Positions 51,401-62,665 of a stretch of 64,000 bases of DNA are shown here, in pieces. The notes beneath the pieces are model-generated. The model did not search any database. It saw only the letters and a program-made list of their open reading frames with translations, and was not told the origin of the DNA. Origin of the DNA: Psammoneis japonica (Eukaryota). The translations under genes and the position numbers were made by a program. The stretch's first letter is position 1, and each line of letters opens with the position of its first letter. The stretch spans positions 1 to 64,000 of the forward strand of contig QPGO01000209.1 in the NCBI GenBank assembly GCA_008632985.1. The letters are read 5' to 3'.

Positions 51401-54314
51401 GGAAGGAGCACTTGGGTAGTTCTAACTCGTGTCCGGCCGCGTTCAAAAGGTCACACCATGGCTGGTCATCCTCCTGCATCTTAAAAGCCAAATCTAAAAC
51501 ATCAGGTTGAGGGGACATGCAGAAATCATTCACCTGTTTAGAAGTGTCATCCACGCGTCCTCGATTGAACATCTGCAGCGAGAGAGATCTGTCTGGGGTC
51601 TCAAAGCAGGCACCGTGTGCGTGCTGATCAAAAATCTGAAACAAACTGTTGCACATTTGATTCCAATAGAACGGAGAGTTTCCACTGCCCTGTCCTGTGC
51701 CACATGTCGGGAAGGCATCTGAGTGGGAGTGCAAACTTTGAGACAGGCCGAGCACCGTGCGCAACCAACAGCGAGCCTTGTGAAGAGTAGAGTTTGCAAC
51801 CTGAGTAACTTCTTTGGGCATGCCGTTGCTGCTGCTCTCTATCGCAACCAAAGCCGGGACATTCCGGTCACAACAGGAGGTGCAGTCGTCATCGCTGTGA
51901 ACAGCCGACTTGCGTGAAGCTCCACTGATCTCCAGCATGAGTTCTTCGAGGTAAACAGGAGTGTTGGCATTCGAGAACGCACAAGTGCCGTAGATCCCAG
52001 GATTGTGTGATGACGTTGCTCCACATTTTGCGCCAGAGACCACCACTTGACACTTGAAATCAATTGGAAGTCGGCTTCATGCATGTGAATGACACGAAGA
52101 CGATGAATCTTGTTGTTGCCTGGCTCTTTGAAAATCATGACATTGACGACATCTTGCCAACGGTGAAACGAGCACCCCCATTTGAGAGCGCAATTTAGCA
52201 GATTCAACCTGATTTGAACAAGGGTCTGTTGAACTTCATCGAGGGCCTCTCGATCAGCCGTGGGGTTGCCATCAGAATCCGTGGCCTCCAAAAATTGATG
52301 AGAGGCGTACATTGCCTTCCAATGACCAAGATGAAGGCCGGAATAAATGGACGTGGTGGTGGATTCTTTCCAGCATTTTATTTTCCCTTCAAGATCTGAT
52401 GCCGAAAGAAATTTCGTGACTGATGCCGGAGACCTTTGTCGCAAGTGTTGGATGAAAAGAGCAGTGGCATCATCCAAAACGGCAGCATTGTACTCGCCGT
52501 CGAGAATGAGATCCGCCATGATCGTGTCGCCTTCGCAGCCTAAGTCCATAGATGATGGAGGGACAGCAGGCGGAGTGCCGTGTGCTTGACCAAAATGTTT
52601 CTGATTGCGTTGACGGAGAGCCGCTGCAACTTCTTCCGGAGCGTCGACAGTGACCCAGTCTTGACATTCTTTCAGAGGAATCAAAGGGTTGCGGGGAACC
52701 TGTACACTCTGCATTCCAGTGTCCCGCTGAGCGCGACAAGAATCAATCTTCTTGAACAATTTCTTCATTTCTTCAGCTTTGCGGACATTGCATAAAATGG
52801 TGGCCTGCTTGCGGGAATCCTCAGTGCCTTCCAAATCAAGTGCCACTGTCCTCTCGGAGATCTCCCGTTCACGGTGAACCATGCTGTCAGCAGCTGAGTG
52901 CTTGCAATCATCTTGAGCAGCACGCAACTCTTGTTGACACCCTTGCAGTGTCTCCGGGACAGCAAAGGACCCACAAAGTTTATCTCGAATCGACCTGATC
53001 TGTGACACACAATCCAATTTAGCGTGCATCATCGAAACGAGACGTGAAAAGATGTGCACCCTGTGTCTCAAGTCTGCAAGTTCTACAGACCAATCCGGTT
53101 CACGATGTGAGCGGCACTTCTTGGCAGCGGCAAGGGAGAACTGTAGAAGGTCACGGTCCAATCGTTCAGCCAATGCATGATCCGGGGTTTCGAGCTCCAG
53201 CAGCTGTCGGGACCTGTCCAATGCAGAGCGACTCTGAAGCATCGGGCCAATGGCCTGAAGACAAGTGGTGAGCTGAGGTTTGGATGTTGCCTGAATGTCC
53301 CGGAATGATGCCCTGGGTAAATCAACAGTCGGGTTTCCAAAAAGGCCAATGTGTCAAAATCCACAAAGTGAGCTCGATGATCGGAAGTGACTCGATAGCC
53401 GAAGGCTTCGCATCCACCGAATCTCGCTGCGGCGAGAGCTCCAGGTGTGGCCAGCACACAGTCAAGGCGCCTGGAACCTCTCGTGTGTGCAGCGAAGTCA
53501 TTGTCACCCACAATGTTGAACAGAACATTGGACAAATCGAAACGCTGAGCAACAGTGGCCAAAGAGTCAGTGTCAAAGTTGAAGTCTGCATTGAAATCAC
53601 CAAACATGATAACTTCCCGATTAGGTTCTGCCAGAAAGTCCTGCAAAACACGGGAAATGTCAGTGCAGAAGGCCTTCGAGGATCTAAAATCCGACGGCCT
53701 TGTTGTCGGAGTAGAGACAGTTGCTGAGCGCAAGCCGTTGTCTTCCCTGGATGTTGTTGATTTTTAGAGCAAACACGGCAGCAGGAAATAAACATCACTT
53801 GGCATCCATTCCTACCATCGAAGACTTGAATGGACCACCGGCCGAGCGGGTCAGATTCTTGAGTCCTAAAGCAAGCAGAGATCGAATTGCATGACAACAA
53901 TGCCGTTCCTCCTGGTTTGCATTGAGTTGCAAAGGTCATGGAGCTCGTCGAGAAGGTGGAGCGCCCATGGTGCAGAGATTTGGAGACAGTAGATCGGCAA
54001 ATGGATAAAACATCAAATTGGGTGGTGTCGAGACACACTTCAGAGATGCCAACAACATCAGCTTGCATTTCTGAAGCAATTTGACAAAATTCATTGACAT
54101 CACCGCCTCGTTTGTCGAACTTACAACCATTTGCGTTAAAGGCATGCAGGCGAGTGTGATGAGAAAGCTTGGGTCGAAGTTCGTCGCCCATTGGTTCGTT
54201 GGTCTTGAGGCGAGTAAAATCGATCCGGCGATCAGCGGGAGGATTGTGGCTGCGTCCGTCGAGAATTTGCTGCCATGCGAGAGAGGGATCATCAGTCGAA
54301 ATCGTTCCACTCAT
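48420..54314 (-). pseudogene. LINE ORF2 (endonuclease-RT-RNase H-CCHC), frameshifted
   Basis: FNANG...GISE, FGDFNA, RLDCVL and SDHR (APE); IFKEPGNNKIHRLRVIH, GTGQGSG and GRVDD (RT); GSDG...RAEACG...HCDS...WAKGHQD...NIRADRLA (RH); CVHC...DRDHILRC. Confidence 0.9.
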
Positions 54315-54541
54315 GGTTGGGCCGTGCTCCTCCGAAGAGAAGACTGAGGCTTAGAGCACTGCATTAACTTGAGGTTCGGTTGAAAGGAGAAAGGCCGACA
54401 TCTAGAGGTCCGACGAAAAATGGAAATTAAAGTGAGAGGTGAGTGGAGCCGAGCAACAATGTCGGGAGGACGCCTAATTTCTTGAGGGGGTGGAGGCGGT
54501 GAGATCCAACCCCTGCCCAAAAATCCGATTCCCTGTCTTTG

Positions 54542-56221
54542 TCATCCCCCAGGGCGCTCGGGAGTTTCCATGTGGTTGGGGCGTTTTCTGGCGGAGCTCT
54601 GAGACGGTTGACTGGCTTGAAGGAGTTCAACTGTTTGGTTCATTTGGTCCTGCATGGTGGCCAGTTGCTGGGAGCATTGTGACTGAAGTGCGGCCATGTC
54701 TTGAGTGTGTTGTTTGTTGAACGTGTCATTCAAAGCTTCCACATCCTTGGAATGCTGATGGCGGAGTTCGGCAAGGGCCTGATCGTTTTTATGTTGCATC
54801 TGAGATGACGTCTGTTGCACTTCCGCCATCTGAGCTGAAGCAAGAGAGGAGCTCGACGTAGATTGAGCAGCTTGAGCATACGACAATTGGGGAGACGGCA
54901 TGCCAGGGCATCCAGTGTGACCAAGTTTCGATGGAGATTGGGAGGAAAGGGGGGTGAAGATCTGAGGTGGAACCGGAGAACCTCGCGCAGGACCTCGACC
55001 GGGGAATCCTCGTCCTGCATGTCCGCGACCAGGATGAGATTGCGATGGAGGGTGATGATGCGCACTGGGAGCATGAGTGTCTGTCAAAGGAGAAACGTCC
55101 AAAAAGGTTGGGGACTCAAGACTGCGAATGCTTGCAGAGACGATGGATTTGCTGGTCTCCGACGGTTCGTCAAAAATGCCTGAGACTTGAGGATGATCTG
55201 GGAAGGGAGGAGTCGGGTGAGATTCTTCCGGTGGATCTGGAACAAGATTCGTGACACACGTGGAAATTGCGGCACGTGCTGTCTTGAAATCCACTCGATT
55301 GACGAGAATGTTGCACCTCCCGTCGGCGGAGTTAGAGGCGCAAATGTCCTGCACGCCTTTCAAGGCCCCAACATTTTGTTCGAAGCAGAACATCACATCT
55401 GGGGAGGTGCACAAGAGTGGGACGATGCATGTGTTTTCATTGCGGCGGGCTTGAGTCTTGACAGCATTGTAGAAGGCCAAGGGAGAGAGGCAACGGGTCT
55501 TGGCCATCACGACATGAGTCGGGAGTTTGTTAGATGCGCACAACAAGACTTTCCCGGCAGTGCGATGCTCATCATTTTGAACCTCAATGGCAAAAGTCGT
55601 TGTGCGAATGGGAGTGGAGAGTTTGTTGTCATCTGCTAGGATTGACGTAGGTGCCAGACGAAACTTTGGCATCTTGGTCTTGAATTCACCCAAATCTCCA
55701 AGAAACTTTTTGGCAGCGTCATCGACTGGAGCATGTTTCGCAGTGGTGGCAATGCAATGGGCCGGTGTCGCCGCATCAATCACTGATTCATTCCAGGTGT
55801 GTCGTTTCATGCCCACATTGTTCAGATCCAAAATGCTTTGAATGTGAGGATGAGAGCGAATTTCACGAAGCGGCAACTTTGTAAGAATGCGGTGACACAA
55901 GCGATGGGCAACCGGGCGTTTTTCACCACTGCGAGCAGTGGAGATGACGAAATGACGTTCGTGCTGAAGGGAGGAAATCCAATCAGCCACATTGATTTGC
56001 GTGATTCGGTTGTCATGGTTGTCAAGGATTTGCACGTCTTTATGATGCATGAAAAGAATCTGCTGTAAGACTTGCAAATGGGCGGTGACAAGAGTCATCG
56101 GCTTGCATGTCGCTGCAGGGCCACGAATTTCGAAGCGAAGAGTAATTTCTTCGAACTGACGCTCTTTCGGTTTAGAAGTCGACTTAAGAGAAGTCTGATC
56201 GACGGCAATGTCATCTGCCAT
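54542..56221 (-). CDS. LINE ORF1 (559 aa, Pro/Gln-rich C-terminal part)
   Basis: Long ORF upstream of ORF2 inside the TSD-bounded element; only 2 Tyr. Confidence 0.7.
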   Translation of the reverse strand: MADDIAVDQTSLKSTSKPKERQFEEITLRFEIRGPAATCKPMTLVTAHLQVLQQILFMHHKDVQILDNHDNRITQINVADWISSLQHERHFVISTARSGEKRPVAHRLCHRILTKLPLREIRSHPHIQSILDLNNVGMKRHTWNESVIDAATPAHCIATTAKHAPVDDAAKKFLGDLGEFKTKMPKFRLAPTSILADDNKLSTPIRTTTFAIEVQNDEHRTAGKVLLCASNKLPTHVVMAKTRCLSPLAFYNAVKTQARRNENTCIVPLLCTSPDVMFCFEQNVGALKGVQDICASNSADGRCNILVNRVDFKTARAAISTCVTNLVPDPPEESHPTPPFPDHPQVSGIFDEPSETSKSIVSASIRSLESPTFLDVSPLTDTHAPSAHHHPPSQSHPGRGHAGRGFPGRGPARGSPVPPQIFTPLSSQSPSKLGHTGCPGMPSPQLSYAQAAQSTSSSSLASAQMAEVQQTSSQMQHKNDQALAELRHQHSKDVEALNDTFNKQHTQDMAALQSQCSQQLATMQDQMNQTVELLQASQPSQSSARKRPNHMETPERPGG

Positions 56222-56403
56222 GGTGGCGTTGTGGATGGGAGGAGGGGTGTGGCTGCCGTCAACGATGGAAGGAGACGCGATGGTGATCGGCTGTTCTGCG
56301 GGGAGCCTGGCACTGAAAACACGTAGGCACTTTCAACACCAGCAATCACAGAATTGTGGATGGGTTAGAAGCAGAGCTGAGGGTGGGTGAAGGCGTGGAC
56401 GCG

Positions 56404-57600
56404 TCAGTTGGCGGGTGCGTCGGCTTGATTGATGATGTTTTGCACAATGGGAGGGACATCGGACCCTGGAAGCAGCATGAAATTTCCACAGTTCAGGATT
56501 TTCGTAGACAGTCCTGCTGTCAATTGTGACGCTTGGGCGTGAAGACATCGAAACACAGCATCGGATTTCCAGCGGCCGACGAGACGGATGATGTCGGTGT
56601 CTGCTTTTGTGCACAGCAGGGCCATGGCGCCACCGGCGCGGAGGCTGCGGGCTGTGACATCTTTCGGCAGGAATCCCACATGTGGCAAGGCGGCAGCTGA
56701 CACTTGGAGCATTTTGGTGATGGCACGGCTCGTGACATGACCCCACCGCAAACCAAGGCGCACAGCACACAGGGGGGTGTTAGCGTTGGCGCCGTTGGAA
56801 CGCAGGTGATGCACACGGCGGGCAATGGCGAGGACCGGGCATGCCTTGGAGTGAGAGCTTCTAGCATGACCAACCGTTTCGCCGCATTCTCGATTCTTCT
56901 GAGCATCAAACGCAATGCTGCTGTGTGTCGCGAGGAACAGCTGTTGCAGGGGGCAGGTCAAGTGGTCTAGTGCGCGTTGTCCGACGAGCAGTTTGATGTC
57001 TTTTAAAACCAAAGGGTCATTGTCTTTGCTCTTGCAATGCTCCCCCGGTCGCAGAAGGCAGAAAAGGCCGATCCAGGACATGTCGATGACAGCGTTGTCG
57101 AGGGCGGATGATTCATCGACAAGGGCTTGTGCGTGGTGCACGATTTGGATCGGAAGAGGCTTGACGCGGTTCGGCAGCAGATCGTCTTTGGAGCACAAAG
57201 GCGAGCAAGGCGGGGATCCATAATGCCGTGTGGCGTTAGCCGCGGGTCCGGGGCCCCCAGTTCGGTGAACGTCTTCGCGACGTGAAGGACTTCGTCACGA
57301 ACGTGCGGAGCTGAGATTGGGTTGCCGCTGCGGCTGAGGCGTCCATCCCTGAGGCGACAGGCAAAGACTCGGAGTGTCAGGATTTTGTCTTGGACACCGG
57401 TGAGGAGAGGGTCTTCGACTCCAATGTCGGACAGGAAAGGCAACCAACACTTTGCCCAGACGGTGTCCGTGGCACGGGCGCGCTCGCTGGTGACAGCTTC
57501 GTGGGCTTTTGCCGTCGCAAGGCGGAGATCAGTGAAGAAATGATGTCTGGCGGCGGGTGTGGCATTCGCCAAGGTTTCGTCTGCGGGGCAAGGCGAGCAA
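56404..57600 (-). pseudogene. Tyrosine recombinase of the YR retrotransposon; frameshift near 57195; catalytic Tyr replaced by Cys
   Basis: GLFCLLRPGEH, RSLRAGGAMAL and GRWKSDAVFRCLH (expected RW.S....RY). Confidence 0.9.
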
Positions 57601-57634
57601 GCGCAGCAAGAAGGTGAGACGGCGTGGAAAATTT

Positions 57635-59554
57635 TCAGGAGCACGTGTCTGCGAGGAGATTGGCTGGGCCAGGAATGTAATGGAAGCGGGAGACGTGTCG
57701 GAGCTGCCGTTGTTGCAGGCTCCCCATCCGCAGCATGTCGGCGCCGGGGCCGTCGGTTGTGACAGAGCCTTTTCCGCGCCGGGAAATGGCAGGCGTGTTG
57801 TCGCAGCACGTGTGGACGGTGCGTTCCCTGATGTCGACGGCGATGCCGACGACGGCCTCTTGCAGAATTGTGCCGGCGAGCTCGAGGTCGGAGTTTGTTA
57901 TAGTTCCTGTGGGGTTGTCGTCCGAAACAACAGCGGCTTGCAGGTCTAGAGGCAGCGGCACTTGCCAGGCGGTAGGAGGGAAGTCGTCGTGAGGGCCAGG
58001 CAATGGGACGCCACCAAACCCAGGTTTTGCTGCGTCGCACGCCCCGTAGAAGTGCCCGTCGGCAGCAGGGAAAAGTTCAGCCAGCCGAGTAGGACGCGAG
58101 ACAATGTCCACGGCCAAGGTGTGCAAATCTTGGAGCTGGCGGCGCGCATGGCGGTTGATGCGAGTGCGGGAGTCACCAGAGGTGGCAAGAGAGTGCTGGA
58201 GGTTGGAGAGAACGCCCACACCACCGGATGCTGCCAACAACATGCTGCGGACTTCGCCGAGAAGTTTGTGGCATTGTTTGTTGGATGTGCGGCGGCGAGG
58301 GATGGTGTCAGCCAGAATGTCGAGGAGGCGTTGTCGACGATGCGGCGGCAACTCGACAGTCCCGGCTAGTGTGTCTATGAGCCACCCCAAAATGACCTTC
58401 ACTGTCGACCACGACGCGTCTCCTTTGAGAAGTTTCTTTAGGGAGATGGTTTCACGCCGCCAGTGCTCGTCAGACGGTGTGTTGGGACGGAAGACTTGAT
58501 CGTTGATGTGTAAGAGGCGTCGACGCAGCTTGTTGAGACGAGCCTTCGTTCCTTGTGCGGCGCATGTTTCATCATCAACGTAGACATCGAAGTGTTCTAG
58601 TGGCTGAGAGCCCCGTTGGGGTCTGCGACAGAGAGCGGCGGGAGGAGGAAGGCGTGACATGCGGCCAGTCGGAGCCGCACTGGAAGGCGGTGGCACGTCG
58701 ATGCGCAAGGTGTTGTCGTGAGGCGCTGGAGTGGCCGCGGCCTGTTCCAGGGGATGAACCGGAGGGTCCCAAGTTGTGGGCGAGCAGCCACTCGCCAAGT
58801 CAATCACCGTCTCGGTGCCCACACAAAAGAATGGCGGACTCTCGGTCCAGCCCATGGGTAGGACGAGAGGCAGCGCTGTCAGCGGTTCCTCCCCTGGGCC
58901 TGCTGGGAAGGCCACCCCGAGCTTGGGTGTGTCCTGGGGTCGCAGCCCAACGCGATAGAACCCATCGGAAAGGTCAAGTTTGAGCATGTGTGCCGGGCCG
59001 TGCTTCGGGTCTGCACGGAAGATGTTGTACAAGAACCTGTCGAGAGCTCGACCGAATTGCATGGCTTCTGGAGGGGTGTGCTTCACAGTCTCGTCGTTGA
59101 GACCGCAATGGCTGCAATCAATGATGGTGCGCGGGCGGCGGTCGCGTTGCGGCACCACGCCCATCGGTGAGACACGTAGGTGGGGGAGCTTGCAGGCTTC
59201 GCGGCACGGCAGGACTGTCCAGTGTTGTTTCTGGATCATGTCCGCCACATCCGATTCGAGGAAGCCCAGATGCTCGTGCGTGGACGGATGGCTCCCGCGG
59301 TCGGTTGCCATCCGGACCCGGTGAGGGGACCAGTCTTCCGTTGAAAACTGGACCGGTGCTCCGTCGTTGCGGAGTTTAGAAAGTAACTCGGCAGCTGGGT
59401 GGGGCAGCTGCCGAACATTCTCGGCCAGACACGGCTCCCTGCGCAGGTGTGCAACGAACTGGCTCCAGCCTAAAGTTTGTAAGAGTTCAACATGGTCCTC
59501 TGCTGACTTGCCTAGTTCGTTGCTGCGTGGATGCTGCTGGTGCGGATCTGGCAA
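57635..59554 (-). CDS. Reverse transcriptase/RNase H of the YR retrotransposon
   Basis: KLDLSDGFYRV, LPMGWTESP, VYVDD and ILGWLID; RH CDAAKPGFGG, NSDLELAG, CDNTPA and IPGPANLLAD. Confidence 0.9.
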   Translation of the reverse strand: MPDPHQQHPRSNELGKSAEDHVELLQTLGWSQFVAHLRREPCLAENVRQLPHPAAELLSKLRNDGAPVQFSTEDWSPHRVRMATDRGSHPSTHEHLGFLESDVADMIQKQHWTVLPCREACKLPHLRVSPMGVVPQRDRRPRTIIDCSHCGLNDETVKHTPPEAMQFGRALDRFLYNIFRADPKHGPAHMLKLDLSDGFYRVGLRPQDTPKLGVAFPAGPGEEPLTALPLVLPMGWTESPPFFCVGTETVIDLASGCSPTTWDPPVHPLEQAAATPAPHDNTLRIDVPPPSSAAPTGRMSRLPPPAALCRRPQRGSQPLEHFDVYVDDETCAAQGTKARLNKLRRRLLHINDQVFRPNTPSDEHWRRETISLKKLLKGDASWSTVKVILGWLIDTLAGTVELPPHRRQRLLDILADTIPRRRTSNKQCHKLLGEVRSMLLAASGGVGVLSNLQHSLATSGDSRTRINRHARRQLQDLHTLAVDIVSRPTRLAELFPAADGHFYGACDAAKPGFGGVPLPGPHDDFPPTAWQVPLPLDLQAAVVSDDNPTGTITNSDLELAGTILQEAVVGIAVDIRERTVHTCCDNTPAISRRGKGSVTTDGPGADMLRMGSLQQRQLRHVSRFHYIPGPANLLADTCS

Positions 59555-59605
59555 GCAGGCAGAGGAGGGCTGCAGGCCAGCTCTAGGGCTGACTGGCCCC
59601 CGTCC

Positions 59606-61702
59606 TCAGGTGGAGGCCGCCGGTGCCGGCGCGGGTGCCGGAGCTGGGGCGCCACCTTCTTGGGGATTGGACACGTGGTCCCGGATGAACGCGCTCACAG
59701 CCGTCCTTTCGCATGGCGAGAGGTTCCGGTGCGTGTTGCTGCGCTCACAGTTGGCGAAGCACGTTCCTTTTAGGTGATGGGAAAGGCACACTTCACATGC
59801 GGTGCCACTTGAATCCGTGGTTCGGGGTGCGAAACGTCGGACCGTAGCCAAGCGGATCCCGGCTTGTGCAAAGGCCGTCAGCCAGGACCGCACCGGGTTG
59901 GGATTCGTGACGGCCGCGCCCGGGTCGCGACGTCCCGCAGTGGCGGCAGCCGCGGAAGGAGTGCCGCTGTTGCTGGCGCTGGTCGAGCTCGCCTGGGAAT
60001 TGGTTGTCTGCTCTGGTTGGCCAAGCAAATGGCGTGGCAACTGTGCCAGCAAGGAGAATTGTCCGTGGAGCACCTTGTGCGCCACAGCAGTGTAGTCGGG
60101 CACCCGGGGCACACCACCTTGCGTGAGCCTGCGCAGGTAGACTCCCATGAGCATCTGCACCTCGCGACAGATGCGGGGAAGTGCGTTCCCCTCAGCCAGG
60201 AGTGCTCCCGATTGTTCGAGCAGGTCGACCATGTCTCGCCAATCTTCCAAGCAGAACTGCCGGAACGCCACAGCATGGGGGTGATTCGATCCTTGGATGA
60301 CGTCCAACACCAGACTGGCAGCTTGAAGCATGCTTCCGCAATGGCAAGTGGACGTGGGAAGAGGTGTGTCCTTGGTGTGGAACTCCTCCTGTTCCGCAAC
60401 GGCAGGCATCAAGTTTCCGGCCAACGTGAGGTCGCAGCGTTCGGCCCGGACTTGCACAGTGGAGCCTTGTCCAGCCAAAAAGAAGCCACACATGAATGGG
60501 GAGACGCCGGCGGTCAGATCGTTCACTTGGTGCACGTGAGGTGCCACCTTCCCTTGCAACACCATCTCGCACAACTCCTTGGAGACTGTGGGCGCTGTGC
60601 GGGATGCCGCGTCAGGCTCTTGGGCGCGAGCTTCCAAGGCGCAAGCAAAACACAGGCGCCGCTCGGCTTTGGTGCTGTTGGCCCAGGCGTGGTACAGCGC
60701 GGGCAAAGCCGCATCGTCCGGTGTGCTCGAAAGCAAGAGCCACACGGGCGCAGTCTGCGGGAAGGCTTCCGTCGGAGTTTTGGGGGCGGCGGCCGCGGCC
60801 GCCGCTGCGGAACGTGTTGCTTCCGCGCGTGCTGCATCGGCGCGAACTGTGTTGGCGAAAGCCAGCACCCGGTCGGTGTTGTCCACAGCCGTTGTGTCCA
60901 GGGCGGGAAGGTCCTGTAACAACGTACGCCAGCGATGCTCCTGCAGGTGGGCGTCCACCGCGAGTGGTGGCAAGGCGGTGTCACGATCACCCATGCACTG
61001 AACCGGATCTGGATTCGCCGCTGTGTCGGCAGTGAGTGCCGCGCGCAACCAATCGATGAGGGGACTCAAGTCCCCCGCGCGTCCGTCGTTTTGGATTGCT
61101 CCTGCGAGTTCCCGCCAGGCCTGTGGAGGAGTGAGATCCCGGCTCAGCACGAGATGCAGATGGGCATGGGGCACCTGCATGAGTCGGCGGACGTAGATCG
61201 TGTCGGTGTCCGGGGCGCCATCGGTCTGCGGAGGTCCCAAATCCTCTTCATCAACCAGAGTGCCTTCTAGGGCGGCCATGTTGGCCACCGCAGGTGCCAC
61301 TTGTGGACCCACGGTTTCAAACGGGGTGTTGGGCAACTCGAGGATGGCAATGAAGTTACCCAGTAGCACGTCTCCTTGAAAACAGAACACACGACCGTCC
61401 CACGGCGAGGTCTCCACCGGGTCTCTTATGCAAACCGAGGGCCGGTGGATGCAGGTGATCTGGCACCCCGTGCCTTGGCGCACTGGCACCAAAAAGGCCT
61501 TGGGTGCCACGTCGCTCGAGTCGATGGTGTGCTCGAGTAGCGCAGCGGCCGGCTCGGGAGCAGCGACGGTGGTGTCGCATCGACGGAATGAATTCACGTG
61601 CTCCCCTCCCAAGTGATCGCCTTGGGTCATCCACTTGTCGTGGTGTGTTTTTGGGGGTGCCGGTGGCGCTCCACCGGCAGCTGCAGGAGGGACAGCAGCC
61701 AT
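59606..61702 (-). CDS. gag-like ORF1 of the YR retrotransposon with C-terminal CCCH zinc finger
   Basis: Starts MAAVPP just after repeat A1; contains CLSHHLKGTCFANCERSNTH near the end. Confidence 0.75.
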   Translation of the reverse strand: MAAVPPAAAGGAPPAPPKTHHDKWMTQGDHLGGEHVNSFRRCDTTVAAPEPAAALLEHTIDSSDVAPKAFLVPVRQGTGCQITCIHRPSVCIRDPVETSPWDGRVFCFQGDVLLGNFIAILELPNTPFETVGPQVAPAVANMAALEGTLVDEEDLGPPQTDGAPDTDTIYVRRLMQVPHAHLHLVLSRDLTPPQAWRELAGAIQNDGRAGDLSPLIDWLRAALTADTAANPDPVQCMGDRDTALPPLAVDAHLQEHRWRTLLQDLPALDTTAVDNTDRVLAFANTVRADAARAEATRSAAAAAAAAPKTPTEAFPQTAPVWLLLSSTPDDAALPALYHAWANSTKAERRLCFACALEARAQEPDAASRTAPTVSKELCEMVLQGKVAPHVHQVNDLTAGVSPFMCGFFLAGQGSTVQVRAERCDLTLAGNLMPAVAEQEEFHTKDTPLPTSTCHCGSMLQAASLVLDVIQGSNHPHAVAFRQFCLEDWRDMVDLLEQSGALLAEGNALPRICREVQMLMGVYLRRLTQGGVPRVPDYTAVAHKVLHGQFSLLAQLPRHLLGQPEQTTNSQASSTSASNSGTPSAAAATAGRRDPGAAVTNPNPVRSWLTAFAQAGIRLATVRRFAPRTTDSSGTACEVCLSHHLKGTCFANCERSNTHRNLSPCERTAVSAFIRDHVSNPQEGGAPAPAPAPAPAAST

Positions 61703-62665
61703 CAAGAGACAAGGTTGGCGTGTGTCGCTCCCTTTGTCAAAAAGTTTACAACTGCTGCTACGGCCTCGGTGGGCGGTGACAAGTTGCAAAGAATGCCATT
61801 GGCATTCCGGTCGTTCAAGGCTGCGTGCGTTGGGGGGTGGATGCGTCTGTCCTTCCCCCTGCGCTGCTGAAATAGACACTTCTTCAATCTCAAACCACCC
61901 GGTTGCTGGGTCGATCATTGTGACTGCCCACAATTGCAAAGTGTCCTTTCCGCGTCTTTGAATTTTGTGTGGCCCTGTCACATCCATGCACAGAGTCTCC
62001 CATGGAATTATCTCGGCGACCTTTTCTGGCAGCTTCTCATGACGCTGCGTTCGGCGTTTTGTCTTCTGGCATCGATCGCACTTGACGCACGTAGAATGCA
62101 CCGTAGACCTCATGCCAGGCCAGCAGAAGTGCTGGGCAACAGATGTTTCCGTGCGTGTCTCACCTGGGTGACACAGTGTCTCGTGGCACCATTCAGCTAG
62201 CGGAACCTGCAATGACTGTGGCACTGCGATTTTGTCCTTATGACAGATTAACTGTCGTGATGACCCTCCCCCACGATGCGCGCGAATGGAGCAGTCGGAC
62301 AAGTCCTCAGCTCGTGAGAGCAGGCGCTTGTCCTTTTGTTGTTCTTTTTGAATGCGCTTGAAGCCAACAGGCAGAGATGCGTCGTCTTGCGTGTCCGCGT
62401 TAAAAGCTTCATGCAAAGGACGACTCGATGGAGTGTCTTTTGCATCCGGATTGGCCTCGGAAGGCAAGCTGGGTGCCAGCCGAAGGCGACTAAGAGCGTC
62501 AGCGACCAGGTTGTGGGTGCCCTCAACATGGCGTAATTCGGGACCGCATTCTTCGCATGTCAACCGCCAGCGCATAACGCGCTCAGTGTTGAATGCTTTG
62601 TGCGCAAGATTTTTATGATCAGCATGTACAATCACACGATGACCGAGGAGAGTCGTTCGAAATTC

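Larger units (their letters stand above)
48310..56357 (-). mobile_element. About 8-kb non-LTR retrotransposon (LINE) with APE endonuclease, RT and RNase H; resembles diatom Ambal-type elements
   Basis: 16-bp TSD GGATGGGT(C/T)AGAAGCA at 48294-48309 and 56358-56373; ORF1 plus ORF2 domains. Confidence 0.92.
47839..61873 (-). mobile_element. Tyrosine-recombinase retrotransposon (DIRS order, Ngaro/PAT-type split direct repeats)
   Basis: A1 61736-61873, B1 48131-48260, A2 47993-48130, B2 47839-47968 (layout A1-ORFs-B1-A2-B2). gag, RT/RH and YR ORFs. No TSD. Removing it restores Gypsy WFEIEEVS|TKRADV. Confidence 0.93.
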
